From Patescibacteria group bacterium (GTDB taxonomy: Bacteria; Patescibacteriota; CPR2; UBA1875; CAIMLA01): DNA of 64,000 nt. How positions within the stretch are numbered: position 1 is the stretch's first letter; each line of letters opens with the position of its first letter. The notes under the pieces were generated by a model. It did not search any database, was not told the origin of the DNA, and was given only the letters and a program-made list of their open reading frames with translations. This document shows, one piece after another, positions 17,326-26,449 of this stretch. The DNA lies in NCBI GenBank assembly GCA_041738615.1, contig JBGSPL010000001.1, positions 92,071 through 156,070 on the forward strand, read 5' to 3'. The position numbers were made by a program, and so were the translations under genes.

Positions 17326-17544
17326 TTATAGTTCGGGACAAGCGCTAAACTCACACTTAGGACCTGTGCGGCTGACGTAGCTGCCGTCAGGACATTGCTT
17401 CGCCTCCATAGTGCAGGCAACCCCGCCATTTGGCGGCGTAGGGCTTTCTTTGGTTGGCTGTTTCATGAGGAGGATGCCGCCAATTACAAGTAGCAAAAAT
17501 AGCACCGCAGTGAGAAGTGAGAAAAACAGTTTCTTGTAGTCCAT
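17326..17544 (-). CDS. small secreted/membrane-anchored Cys-rich peptide
   Basis: 72-aa protein with an N-terminal hydrophobic helix, then 4 Cys (CTMEAKQCPDGSYVSRTGPKCEFSAC). Its ATG lies 1 nt after the stop of the upstream 32-aa ORF. Confidence 0.45.
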   Translation of the reverse strand: MDYKKLFFSLLTAVLFLLLVIGGILLMKQPTKESPTPPNGGVACTMEAKQCPDGSYVSRTGPKCEFSACPEL

Positions 17545-17545
17545 C

Positions 17546-17644
17546 TTAGCTAGGGTTAACGCTCGAAGTTACCTGGATGCCCTTCGGCTTTTTTGCCTTC
17601 TTTGGTTTCTTCACGTTCTTTTGTGAATCTTTTCCTTTAGCCAT
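17546..17644 (-). CDS. 32-aa Lys-rich peptide (MAKGKDSQKNVKKPKKAKKPKGIQVTSSVNPS)
   Basis: Not in the ORF track. A GGAGGGG ribosome-binding site lies 4 nt before the ATG. The gene is tightly coupled to the downstream 72-aa gene and sits in an otherwise empty 190-bp gap after topA. Confidence 0.3.
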   Translation of the reverse strand: MAKGKDSQKNVKKPKKAKKPKGIQVTSSVNPS

Positions 17645-17731
17645 GTTCCCCTCCAATTGATTAAGTTCAAAATAATTATCTATATTATACGCTTTTCCCC
17701 TCTGTGCGGGAATGGAAGAAAGCGACTGAGA

Positions 17732-19891
17732 TTACGCCCTATGCGGGTTATGCCCGAGACATTCCTTGTCGCTGCAGCGCTCGGGAATGGTCTTGGTCCC
17801 TTCCATCATCAGCGAGCCACAAATCTTGCAAATATTACCGGTAGGCTTGGCCTTAATGGCGTATTTGCACTTAGGGTAATTGTTACATGAGTAGAATACA
17901 CCAAAGCGACCACGTTTCTCTGTCATCTCGCCCTTTTTACATTTCGGACAAGCGACGCCGGTGCCTCCAGCTTTTTCTTCGTTCTCGTCCTTGCGGATGT
18001 ACTTACACTTAGGGTAGTTGCTGCAGGAGATAAACTTGCCGTACTTGCCTTCACGTTCGATGAGGGCTCCACCACATTCTGGGCAGGATTCCCCTATCTC
18101 CTTGGGGCCCTCCATCTCTCGACCCTCCATAGTCAGGGCGCCTTCGCACTCTGGGAACCGGGCGCAACTCATGAATTTTCCATTTTTCCCCAGCTTGATA
18201 ATCATGTCGCTACCACATGTCGGGCACTTGTACTGAGGGTCGGCAGGCACCGGCTCTGCTGGCCGGGCAGTCTCTTCTTTTACTCGATCACGGAAAAGTC
18301 CGTAAAAATCGGATAGTATCTGGGCATATTTTGCCTGACCATTGGAAACTAAGTCTAGCTCGTCTTCCATTTCAGCGGTAAACGTGTCGCTAATGTACTC
18401 GGCAAAGTACTTCTCGAGGAAACTACTGACTACGTCACCAGTGTCTGTAGGAAAGAGGGTTCGCCCTTCTTTGGTAACGTATCCCCTATCTTCGATGGTC
18501 TTCATGATGCTAGCGTAGGTACTCGGGCGGCCAATACCACGTTTTTCGAGCTCCTTGATCAGTCCCGCCTCGGTGTAGCGTGATGGTGGCTCGGTTTGCT
18601 TTGCAAAAGTAATAAAGTCGATAAGTCTCAGCGGTTCGCCTTCTGTTACTACAGGTAGCATCACTTCCTCGCCCTTGGCGGCCGGGTCTGCGAGGAGCCA
18701 TCCCGGAAATTGTAATTGGCTGCCGTTGGCTGTAAATGCCGGCATTAGCTTGTCGGTGGTGTATGTTGCCGTAATCTTGCTGCGTAACATCCTAGCATCT
18801 GCCATCTGACTAGCAACAGTGCGGGACCAGAGGAGCTGATAGAGCTTCTTCTGCTCTTCATTATGTCCAGCGTGCTCATGTTCGAAGTTGGTGGGGCGAA
18901 TAGCCTCGTGCGCTTCCTGGGCATTCTTGCTGTTGGTTTTGTATACATGCGGTGACAGAAATTCCTTACCGTACTTGGCGGTAACTACATCTTTGATCTG
19001 GCCTACTGCTGTCTCGGAGAGATTGGTGCTGTCTGTACGCATGTAGCTGATGAGACCAGCCTCGTAAAGTTTCTGAGCGACTCCCATAGTACGAGAAGGT
19101 GAAAAACCAAGCCTTGTACTCGCTGTCTGTTGCAAGGTAGAGGTGGTAAAAGGTGCCTTAGGGGCGCGTTTTGCCTCGGCACTACTAACCTTGGATACCT
19201 TCCACTCACCAGCAGTTGCTACCCGCTCTATCTCGTCTAGACGCTCTTGGCTCCTCGGCTCCTCGGTACATATAAGTGAAAGTTTGGCGCCGGAGTTAGT
19301 TTTTGTTTCTGCGGTAAGGGTCCAGAAGTCCTCAGAGATAAAGGCGCGAATCTCGCGCTCGCGTTCCATGATGATGCGCAACGCAGGTGATTGTACACGG
19401 CCTGCAGACAGACCATAGCGGACTTTCTTCCAGATCACACCAGAGAGGTCGTACCCAACCAGGCGGTCTAGTATTCGTCGCGCTTGCTGGGCATCCACGA
19501 GATCCATATTGATCTTGCGTGGGTTGGAAGCGGCCTTCTCTACTGCGCCTTTGGTAATCTCGTGGAATTCGATGCGGTCGTAATCTTTATCTTTTAGTTT
19601 TAGAACCTCTGCGAGGTGCCAGGAAATCGCCTCCCCTTCGCGGTCCGGGTCGGTAGCGAGCAGAACCTTGTCTGCTCCAGCAGCCGCGGCTCGAAGCTCA
19701 CGGACTGTTTTGCTCCCCCTGGGAGTCATGATGTATTTTGGTTTAAAACCGTGCTCTACATCTACGGCGTCCTTGTTGCTTTTCGGCAAATCACGAACAT
19801 GGCCAAAAGAGGCCATCACTTTATGTCCTGGTCCGAGATATTTTTCTATTGTCTTTCCCTTTGCGGGTGACTCAACGATTACTAGCTTCAT
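17732..19891 (-). CDS. topA: DNA topoisomerase I
   Basis: TOPRIM N-terminus (MKLVIVESPAKGKTIEKYLG), topo IA core, and four C-terminal C4 zinc ribbons. Confidence 0.92.
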   Translation of the reverse strand: MKLVIVESPAKGKTIEKYLGPGHKVMASFGHVRDLPKSNKDAVDVEHGFKPKYIMTPRGSKTVRELRAAAAGADKVLLATDPDREGEAISWHLAEVLKLKDKDYDRIEFHEITKGAVEKAASNPRKINMDLVDAQQARRILDRLVGYDLSGVIWKKVRYGLSAGRVQSPALRIIMEREREIRAFISEDFWTLTAETKTNSGAKLSLICTEEPRSQERLDEIERVATAGEWKVSKVSSAEAKRAPKAPFTTSTLQQTASTRLGFSPSRTMGVAQKLYEAGLISYMRTDSTNLSETAVGQIKDVVTAKYGKEFLSPHVYKTNSKNAQEAHEAIRPTNFEHEHAGHNEEQKKLYQLLWSRTVASQMADARMLRSKITATYTTDKLMPAFTANGSQLQFPGWLLADPAAKGEEVMLPVVTEGEPLRLIDFITFAKQTEPPSRYTEAGLIKELEKRGIGRPSTYASIMKTIEDRGYVTKEGRTLFPTDTGDVVSSFLEKYFAEYISDTFTAEMEDELDLVSNGQAKYAQILSDFYGLFRDRVKEETARPAEPVPADPQYKCPTCGSDMIIKLGKNGKFMSCARFPECEGALTMEGREMEGPKEIGESCPECGGALIEREGKYGKFISCSNYPKCKYIRKDENEEKAGGTGVACPKCKKGEMTEKRGRFGVFYSCNNYPKCKYAIKAKPTGNICKICGSLMMEGTKTIPERCSDKECLGHNPHRA

Positions 19892-19985
19892 AACTAAGGA
19901 CTAATGGTACTGGTTAAAGCGGGTGGTGTCAAATCTTTGAAAACTTTGTATAAATGTTTTATTCAATTGCTGCTAGCGATTAATC

Positions 19986-21080
19986 TCAAAAGTTTAAGCG
20001 AAAGACGTTGCCACCGAGCTGTTTCACCTTTGCCGATATTTCCATAATGGTGACAGTGGAACCTACCACGCTCTGCGAAAGACCTGTCTCTTTGATGATG
20101 TCATCTATATGTTTCGGCTCAGCACGCAGGCATTCTATAATTATTGTTTCTTCTGGAGTGTTTCCGGCGATTTTGCGGATGGAGGCTACGGCCTCGGGGC
20201 AAGTAATCCCAAATTCGTCCAGGACATCTTGGGCGCTGGTGCAGACATGGGCTCCGTTGCGGATCAAGTTGTTTGTTCCCCTACTGTTTAGGTTGAAGAT
20301 ACTTCCTGGTACCGCAAAGACCTCCCGGTTTTGGTTCAGTGCCGCAAGAGCCGTAATCAAGCTTCCGGAACTCTCCGCGGCCTCTGTAACCACTAAACCT
20401 TGAGAAATGCCGCTGATAATCCGGTTTCTAGCCGGGAAATTGTATTTTGCAGGGATGGTGTCAAAGGGAAACTCGGTAATGATGGCTCCACCTTGTGCAA
20501 TAATTTCTTTGGCCACACCCAAGTTACTACTGGGATAGATTCTACCTAGTCCGCACCCGAGCACAGCTATTGTAATCCCGCCTTCGTTAATGGTAGCTTG
20601 ATGTGCGATAGCATCTATGCCCAGGGCGAGCCCGCTGACTATCGTAATCCCACTAGCGGCAAGGTCGGAGGCTAGCTTCTCGGTAGCGCGAACGCCATAA
20701 TCGGTGAGCCTCCTACTGCCGACAATCCCAACGCAGAGTGCATTTAGATCTGCAGACCCCTTCTTGTATAAGATAAACGGAGGGTCGTATATTTGGAGTA
20801 ATATTTGGGGAAAATCGTTTTCAAAGATAAATATTGGTTCTATTTCGTTGCCACGCAGCTCCTGTAGCACTTTTTCTGGAGTGTATTTCTCGCGGGCAAC
20901 GATCAGCTCGCGCATACAACGTTCGCTGAGACCAAGTGACCCCAGCTTGGCTTTCGGGTAAGAAAAGAGCTCCTCGATAGGAATGTTGAGAGCGTAGAGT
21001 TGGTGAAAAAGAGCAGCGGTAAACCGGACGTTTCTACCTAAAGTAAGCCAATATTTATAGTCTTCCAGTGACTTTTCCAC
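19986..21080 (-). CDS. dprA: DNA processing protein DprA (Smf)
   Basis: Rossmann-like DprA core (GSRRLTDYGVRATEKLASDLAASGITIVSGLALGIDAIAHQ). Start placed at the GTG at 21080, which is preceded by GGAGGG. The ORF track's longer N-terminus (to 21206) looks non-native. Confidence 0.8.
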   Translation of the reverse strand: MEKSLEDYKYWLTLGRNVRFTAALFHQLYALNIPIEELFSYPKAKLGSLGLSERCMRELIVAREKYTPEKVLQELRGNEIEPIFIFENDFPQILLQIYDPPFILYKKGSADLNALCVGIVGSRRLTDYGVRATEKLASDLAASGITIVSGLALGIDAIAHQATINEGGITIAVLGCGLGRIYPSSNLGVAKEIIAQGGAIITEFPFDTIPAKYNFPARNRIISGISQGLVVTEAAESSGSLITALAALNQNREVFAVPGSIFNLNSRGTNNLIRNGAHVCTSAQDVLDEFGITCPEAVASIRKIAGNTPEETIIIECLRAEPKHIDDIIKETGLSQSVVGSTVTIMEISAKVKQLGGNVFRLNF

Positions 21081-21098
21081 AATCCCTCCAAAAAATGC

Positions 21099-21127
21099 TT
21101 GACAAAACCTACGTATGGTGCTAGAAT
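21099..21127 (+). promoter_or_regulatory. strong sigma-70-type promoter (TTGACA-17-TAGAAT with TGn extended -10)
   Basis: TTGACA at 21099-21104, a 17-nt spacer, and tgcTAGAAT at 21119-21127. It is divergent from dprA and fires into the 280-bp non-coding gap before pth. Confidence 0.55.
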
Positions 21128-21134
21128 GATATGT

Positions 21135-21378
21135 CAGCCTAAATCGGGCAGACATTTGACAATAAGTTCCCCTACACAGCACATGTTGCCGTGAGTGTCC
21201 TATCAATGAGTAAGGCCTTAAACACCCTCCTTTAAGCTTACTTGTTGGTAGGGTTCTCCCTGCAACCGCCAGCCAATATTTTGGGCTAGGTCAAGTCTTC
21301 GGGCAGTGTTGCAACCTCGGGAGAACTTTGAAACAAAAGTAAAGGAGTCGTACTTGTACGGCTCCTTTACTTTATTAT
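21135..21378 (+). ncRNA. candidate small RNA (about 240 nt) of unknown class
   Basis: Delimited by the promoter at 21099-21127 and an intrinsic terminator (14-bp stem at 21339-21370 plus TTTATT). No ORF of 40 aa or more with a ribosome-binding site. The 330-bp non-coding gap is unusually large for this genome. Confidence 0.35.
21339..21378. terminator. bidirectional rho-independent terminator
   Basis: gtaaaggagtcgtac-ttg-tacggctcctttac forms a 14-bp stem with one G-U pair. It has a T-run on the plus strand (tttatt) and a T-run on the minus strand (ttttgttt), so it also terminates pth. Confidence 0.7.
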
Positions 21379-21409
21379 AGGTATTTAATTACTACAAGTA
21401 GACAAAATG

Positions 21410-21964
21410 CTAAAGGCTGGTGTGTTCGATTCCCTCTTTGAGGGCTTTCTCCAGCTCTGCTACTGTCTTGTTGATTCCGCTCTCCACAACTTTCAGTTCA
21501 TCTTTGTTGAAACACTTGAGGACCACATCTTCTGTTGATAGGTAGTCACAATGATCGTCCTTGATGCCCATACGGAAGCGCGGGAATTCTTGAGTACCGA
21601 TATTGTCGATAATCGATTGCACCCCTTTGTGACCGGCAGAGCTGCCTGTACGACGCACGCGCACAGTGCCAATTTCTAAATCGATATCGTCGTATAGTAT
21701 CCACACGCGATCTGTCGTAATGTTGAAGTACCCCATCATAGCCTGCACGGAAACGCCTGATTTGTTCATGAATGTTTGGGGCTTAGCTAGAATAATCTTC
21801 TCACCATTGATAAACGTCTCTGCCGTTTCTGCGTTGAATTTCTTGTTCAGGGTAAACTTGGCATCGTATTTTGCAGCGAGTGCGTCAATAGCGGCAAAAC
21901 CGAGGTTATGCCGGGTGCAGTCATATTCTTTACCTGGGTTACCGAGTCCTACTATAAGTTTCAT
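21410..21964 (-). CDS. pth: peptidyl-tRNA hydrolase
   Basis: MKLIVGLGNPGKEYDCTRHNLGF N-terminus. 184 aa. Confidence 0.92.
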   Translation of the reverse strand: MKLIVGLGNPGKEYDCTRHNLGFAAIDALAAKYDAKFTLNKKFNAETAETFINGEKIILAKPQTFMNKSGVSVQAMMGYFNITTDRVWILYDDIDLEIGTVRVRRTGSSAGHKGVQSIIDNIGTQEFPRFRMGIKDDHCDYLSTEDVVLKCFNKDELKVVESGINKTVAELEKALKEGIEHTSL

Positions 21965-21973
21965 GGGTGTTTC

Positions 21974-23368
21974 CTATTTGTGTTTCTTCTTGTCATAATT
22001 ATAGGCGATATTTTTGCGTTTCACAACGATGTTCACGGCGGCTCCTTCGAAGTTCCAACGCTCTCGAATACGGTTTTCGAGATATCTCTTGTATGAAAAA
22101 TGGATCAGCTCAGGATGGTTCGAGAAAAAGACGAAAGTAGGCGGATTCACATCGGCCTGAGTAAAATAGTTTATCTTTGGGAGCTTGCCCTTCACGGCCT
22201 TCGGACTCTTTTTTAGGATATCATCACCCAGCAGCAAATTTAGCTCGGCTGTTGGGACACGGCGATTCCGATTCTCTGCGATTTCAAAGATGATGTCTGG
22301 TAATTTCTGTAGGTTCTTGCCGGTTTTTGCGGAAACGAAGATTACTGGGGCATAGGCTAGAAAAGAAATCTTAGCGTGCAGATAGGCTAGGTATTTAGCC
22401 ATATCCTTGTCGTCTTCCTCCACAGCGTCCCACTTGTTGACCACGATCACGATACCTTTGTGGGTATCGCGGGCAAAACCTGCAATATGTAGGTCTTGAG
22501 CCGTGAGGCCCTCAGTCGGGTCGATAAGAATCAGAACAATCTCGGCGTTTTCTACCGCGCGGAATGAACGTAATACCGAGTACTTCTCGATTTGACCCTC
22601 GGTGCGACCTCCTGTCATCTTGCCTACCTTACCGCGGCGGCGGATACCAGCCGTATCGATAAAGTTTATCGTCCCCTTCTCGTTTGTAAGGGTCGAGATA
22701 GTAAAGTCCCTAGTGGTGCCAGCAACATCAGAGACTACGGCTAACTTTTGGCCCAGGATGGCATTAAATAGGCTAGATTTGCCCACATTTGGACGTCCTG
22801 CAATGGCCACATTGATTCCCTCGCGGGACTCGAGGTTTACCTCCTTGGTCGGTTCTACAGTCTTCGCTGATTTAGCGACAGCGTCTAGTAAATCGCCAGT
22901 ACCGCGGCCGGTGAGGGCGGCAATAGGGATAATCTCCTCTGCGCCCAACTGGTAAAGCTCTGAAATATTACAAAAATACCTTTCACTGTCGTATTTATTG
23001 GCGGCTACAACAAAAGGTTTCTTTGACCTATGTATAATTTTCATGGCGCGCATATCCTGTTCTGTTGGGCCTGTGGTGACATCAACAACGAATAGGAGGA
23101 TGTCTGCTTCGTCGATGGCTAGCAGTACTTGTTCTTGGACGTCTTCATCGAGGTGTTTGTAGCTAGGAACCAATTCGTTGCCTACCTCGATACCGGCAGT
23201 ATCAACAATCACAAAATCAACGCCAGCCCAGGAAGCTTCTGAGTAGAGACGATCACGAGTAGTGCCAGCATAATCCGCAGTAACTGCTTTGCGCTGTCCG
23301 ATAACCCGATTGAAAAGTGTACTTTTGCCGACGTTCGGCCGGCCGATAATAGCGACGATTGGTAACAT
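21974..23368 (-). CDS. der: ribosome-associated GTPase Der (EngA), tandem GTPase domains plus KH-like domain
   Basis: Two G domains (GRPNVGKSTLFN, DTAG and GRPNVGKSSLFN, DTAG) followed by a C-terminal KH-like domain. 464 aa. Confidence 0.92.
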   Translation of the reverse strand: MLPIVAIIGRPNVGKSTLFNRVIGQRKAVTADYAGTTRDRLYSEASWAGVDFVIVDTAGIEVGNELVPSYKHLDEDVQEQVLLAIDEADILLFVVDVTTGPTEQDMRAMKIIHRSKKPFVVAANKYDSERYFCNISELYQLGAEEIIPIAALTGRGTGDLLDAVAKSAKTVEPTKEVNLESREGINVAIAGRPNVGKSSLFNAILGQKLAVVSDVAGTTRDFTISTLTNEKGTINFIDTAGIRRRGKVGKMTGGRTEGQIEKYSVLRSFRAVENAEIVLILIDPTEGLTAQDLHIAGFARDTHKGIVIVVNKWDAVEEDDKDMAKYLAYLHAKISFLAYAPVIFVSAKTGKNLQKLPDIIFEIAENRNRRVPTAELNLLLGDDILKKSPKAVKGKLPKINYFTQADVNPPTFVFFSNHPELIHFSYKRYLENRIRERWNFEGAAVNIVVKRKNIAYNYDKKKHK

Positions 23369-23387
23369 TGTTGTTAATACTCTCTGA

Positions 23388-23412
23388 CGTCATCCTGAAC
23401 TTGATTCAGGAT
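23388..23412 (+). repeat. hairpin repeat (cgtcatcctgaa-cttga-ttcaggat)
   Basis: 8-bp inverted repeat with a CGTCATCC lead. Same family as 38874, 25224, 10054 and 4693. Lies in the intergenic region between dacA and der. Confidence 0.6.
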
Positions 23413-23629
23413 CTCCGGCGTGTCATTTCGACCGCTACGGAGAAATCTCTTAATTATTGTTCTTTTCCATTTTCTCTTGAAAGAAAACGGAGCTAAGTTC
23501 AAGAATAATCGAACTCACAACGACCCGGTACGAAATTTTGCTAAAGCAATAATTTCTAGCATTCGTCGATAGTCGGGTGCGTGGCGCCGAGCGATTTTTC
23601 GAGGAATTAGGAGCGAAGCGACGTATATT

Positions 23630-24526
23630 TTACCATAAAAAGTGGTCGTTTGTCCAGGTATTTAGTGTAGATGTTTCCCCGAATCGGTCAGTACTCCCGA
23701 GTACTACCGTGAGAGTTTCGTGGTCGTTGGTCTTCTTTAGCGAGACTAGGCATTCTAGGGCGCCATAGGTATACCCCGTCTTGACCCCCTCATATCCATT
23801 GCCCCCAAGCAGCTGGTTCGTGGTCGTAAGAGCAATGGTTCTTCCTCCTTCGGTAGCAATAGCAGCGTTACTTTTTGTAACAGTAGCCTTAAAATACTCA
23901 TTTCCCAGTAATATTCTCGTGAGATTGGCAATATCACGAGCACTAGAATAATTATCTGCTGAGTCCCATCCTACTGGGTTCGCAAAATGAGTGTTGGTAA
24001 GACCAAGCTTGGTTGTGGCGAGGTTCATTTTAGCTACGAAGGCTTCTTGCGATCCGGCATCGAGCACCGAGAGCGCTTGCGCCGCGTCTGAGCCCGAATT
24101 TATGAGCATTGCCGTCAGTATATCTTCTTTGGATAGCCTTTCCCCGGCTGAGATTCCCGCAACGGCGTCCCCTTCTCGAAGAGTAAAACTTGGCACAGTC
24201 ACCACTTCTTGCAGGTTTGGGTTATCTTTTAGGTAAACATAGGCTGTCATTAGTTTCGTCAGACTGGCGACCTGAAGCTTGTCGTCTGGGTTTTTGGTGG
24301 AAAGAACGGTGTTTGATGCAAGATCCACACTATAGACGGCTCTTGCGCTGCTCACATAGTCATCGACAGAAGCCTTCCTAGGAGGTACCTTGATGCTAGG
24401 AAGGAGCTGCTCTACCCTAAGTTTCGTAGGGACGGGGCGAATAACATCGTAGGCTGCAGCCCTCAAATTACTCATGTACCCCCAGTTTGGGAGCAAAAGA
24501 AGAGCTAGGACGGCTATCTCACGCAT
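23630..24526 (-). CDS. D-alanyl-D-alanine carboxypeptidase (S11, PBP5/6-like), copy 1
   Basis: Signal peptide, SxxK (ASLTK), SxN-like (NSGSDAA) and KTG motifs. 298 aa. Confidence 0.8.
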   Translation of the reverse strand: MREIAVLALLLLPNWGYMSNLRAAAYDVIRPVPTKLRVEQLLPSIKVPPRKASVDDYVSSARAVYSVDLASNTVLSTKNPDDKLQVASLTKLMTAYVYLKDNPNLQEVVTVPSFTLREGDAVAGISAGERLSKEDILTAMLINSGSDAAQALSVLDAGSQEAFVAKMNLATTKLGLTNTHFANPVGWDSADNYSSARDIANLTRILLGNEYFKATVTKSNAAIATEGGRTIALTTTNQLLGGNGYEGVKTGYTYGALECLVSLKKTNDHETLTVVLGSTDRFGETSTLNTWTNDHFLW

Positions 24527-25229
24527 TCTTGAGCCCTTCTAGCTCCTTTGCGGTGAGGGGGCGGTATTTTCCCTCAGCGAGCCCACTGAGCCCCAGGTTG
24601 CCTATCCTGACACGCGAGAGGTGCATCACCTGCTTACCAAAGTGCTCGATGGAGCGCCTAATAAGTCTGTTCCTCCCTTCGTGAATGATCATCTGGTATT
24701 TTCCTGGCGAAATTTCACTAAACTTATCTGGTTTAAAGGGCCCGTCTTCCAGGGTGATTCCCTTCGTCATCTTGCCTACCTCGGTAGTCGAGAGCGGCCG
24801 ATCTACTGTAATCTGGTATTCTTTTTCCTTGTTGTAGCGCGGATGGGTCATCTTGTTCGTAAAGTCACCGTCGTTACTCATAATAATAAGTCCCGAGGTC
24901 TCACGATCGAGTCTACCGACGGGCCATACAGGAATTTCTTTTGGGACTAGCTCCGCGATTAGTTTCTCTGCATGGAGGTCAAAAACACTACAGGTATACC
25001 CGGTAGGCTTGTTCACTAGATAATAGACTAGCTTGTTTGGCACTACGGGTTGGTCGTCGATGGCAATGGTCTCGCTGCCGATCACGTTTGTCGCCACATC
25101 GGTAACAATCTTTCCATCTATGGTCACATAGCCGCTTTTTATAATGTCCTCCGAGGCGCGCCGAGAGGCGACCCCGCAGGAGGCTAGATATTTAGCTAGT
25201 CTCATGAATTTGTTCACCTTTTTCGTCAT
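24519..25229 (-). CDS. rluB: rRNA pseudouridine synthase (RsuA/RluB family) with S4 domain
   Basis: S4 domain (MRLAKYLASCGVASRRASEDIIKSGYVTIDGK) and catalytic GRLDRETSGLIIMSNDG. Confidence 0.8.
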   Translation of the reverse strand: MTKKVNKFMRLAKYLASCGVASRRASEDIIKSGYVTIDGKIVTDVATNVIGSETIAIDDQPVVPNKLVYYLVNKPTGYTCSVFDLHAEKLIAELVPKEIPVWPVGRLDRETSGLIIMSNDGDFTNKMTHPRYNKEKEYQITVDRPLSTTEVGKMTKGITLEDGPFKPDKFSEISPGKYQMIIHEGRNRLIRRSIEHFGKQVMHLSRVRIGNLGLSGLAEGKYRPLTAKELEGLKNA

Positions 25230-25293
25230 TCCAGCGCAGGCTGGAATCTTGCGAATATTTTAATTGGGTTCCTGGCTTGCGACCAGGGATGAC
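25224..25293 (+). repeat. inverted pair of hairpin repeats (cgtcattccagcgcaggctggaatc ... ggttcctggcttgcgaccagggatgac)
   Basis: Arm 1 is near-identical to arm 1 at 38874. Arm 2 is the reverse complement of the 10054-type unit. Lies in the intergenic region between rluB and scpB. Confidence 0.7.
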
Positions 25294-25297
25294 AAGG

Positions 25298-25840
25298 TTA
25301 TTGGCTTTCGGTATTTTCTTCAAACAGGCTGAGCTCAGAGAGTTTAGGGAGGTTTTCTTCCTTGTCCAGTCCGAAGAACTGCACGAACTCCATAGTAGTA
25401 CCATACATGATCGGTTTACCCACGGTTTCTTTACGTCCAACTTCGGCAATGAGCCCACGAATCAGTAGATTGCGCACGATAGAATCACTGTTCACCCCGC
25501 GGATTTCCTCGATCTCACTGCGAGTAAGTGGTTGTTTGTAGGCAATGATCGCTAGGGTTTCTAGTGCTGCAGTTGAGAGGTCGTGACGAAGTTCTTCATT
25601 GAGCAGCAGGCTTACTTCTTTCGCATTCTCTGGGGCTGTCACAAACGAGAAATACTCCCCCTTGCGGATAAGTCGGATACCGCGTTCGCGGAAGTCCTCT
25701 TCAATCTCTTTGAGATGACGCTGAATCTCCCCCACCATCACACCGGTAGCATCGGCAATTTCTTTACTACTAATCGGTTTCTCGGCGACGAAAAGCAGGC
25801 TTTCAATGATAGATTTAGGGTTTTTTGTTTCGGTTGTCAT
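25298..25840 (-). CDS. scpB: segregation and condensation protein B
   Basis: SLLFVAEKPISSKEIADATG, tandem winged-helix domains. 180 aa. Confidence 0.85.
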   Translation of the reverse strand: MTTETKNPKSIIESLLFVAEKPISSKEIADATGVMVGEIQRHLKEIEEDFRERGIRLIRKGEYFSFVTAPENAKEVSLLLNEELRHDLSTAALETLAIIAYKQPLTRSEIEEIRGVNSDSIVRNLLIRGLIAEVGRKETVGKPIMYGTTMEFVQFFGLDKEENLPKLSELSLFEENTESQ

Positions 25841-25886
25841 GTTTTTATTATATCAGCTAAAGTGTGCGTCGTCATCACGCTCCGCC

Positions 25887-26444
25887 CTACGAGAGCTTAA
25901 ATGTCGTGAGATTCTCAGGGCTCATTCTCTCCTCAGCACTTTCATCGGCAACGATGGCAAGAGTAACCTCGCTGACGTCGACCGTAATAGTCAGGTCGGA
26001 TGGCAGCTCTGCGGTAGCTGCTTCAAATATATTTCTAGAAAGGTCTCTGGCGATGGTAATGTGTGGGACAAACTCCTTTTCGTATGATACGTACTTGTGA
26101 TCTCGAAATTCGTAGCCCGTACCTATAACCGCAACAAGATCCTGCTGAAGGTTTTTTAGCTGTTGCGATTCCTGGGCGGCAATCATGACGCAACCATCAT
26201 TTGTAGCGTCTTGTCTATCTAGGTGTGGGACGTCGCACGTTATTGTGAAAGCCTGGAATTTGTTCCTTTCGAAATATTTGGTGATAGCCTGTTTTAGGTT
26301 TTCGATGTCACATTCTCGTATATATCGTGGCTGTGTCAGTGTAAAGTGCTCGGCGTACGAAATGTCATATTTCGCACGAAAACTATCCAGCCACTCTGGT
26401 TTGTTGACGATTGTCGCATTCGTATAAATGGCGAAAAACTTCAT
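25887..26444 (-). CDS. 2H phosphoesterase superfamily protein (LigT/ThpR-like RNA 2',3'-cyclic phosphodiesterase)
   Basis: Two H-x-T-x motifs (HFTLT, HITIA), each in a half of about 90 aa. 185 aa. Confidence 0.6.
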   Translation of the reverse strand: MKFFAIYTNATIVNKPEWLDSFRAKYDISYAEHFTLTQPRYIRECDIENLKQAITKYFERNKFQAFTITCDVPHLDRQDATNDGCVMIAAQESQQLKNLQQDLVAVIGTGYEFRDHKYVSYEKEFVPHITIARDLSRNIFEAATAELPSDLTITVDVSEVTLAIVADESAEERMSPENLTTFKLS

Positions 26445-26449
26445 AGAAC

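Noticed and set aside
21135-21378. Calling the dprA-pth intergenic transcript SRP RNA
   Set aside because: Only a short GCUAGGUC-like stretch resembles SRP domain IV. The expected GNRA loop and GCAGC context are not convincingly present. It is kept as an unclassified candidate ncRNA.
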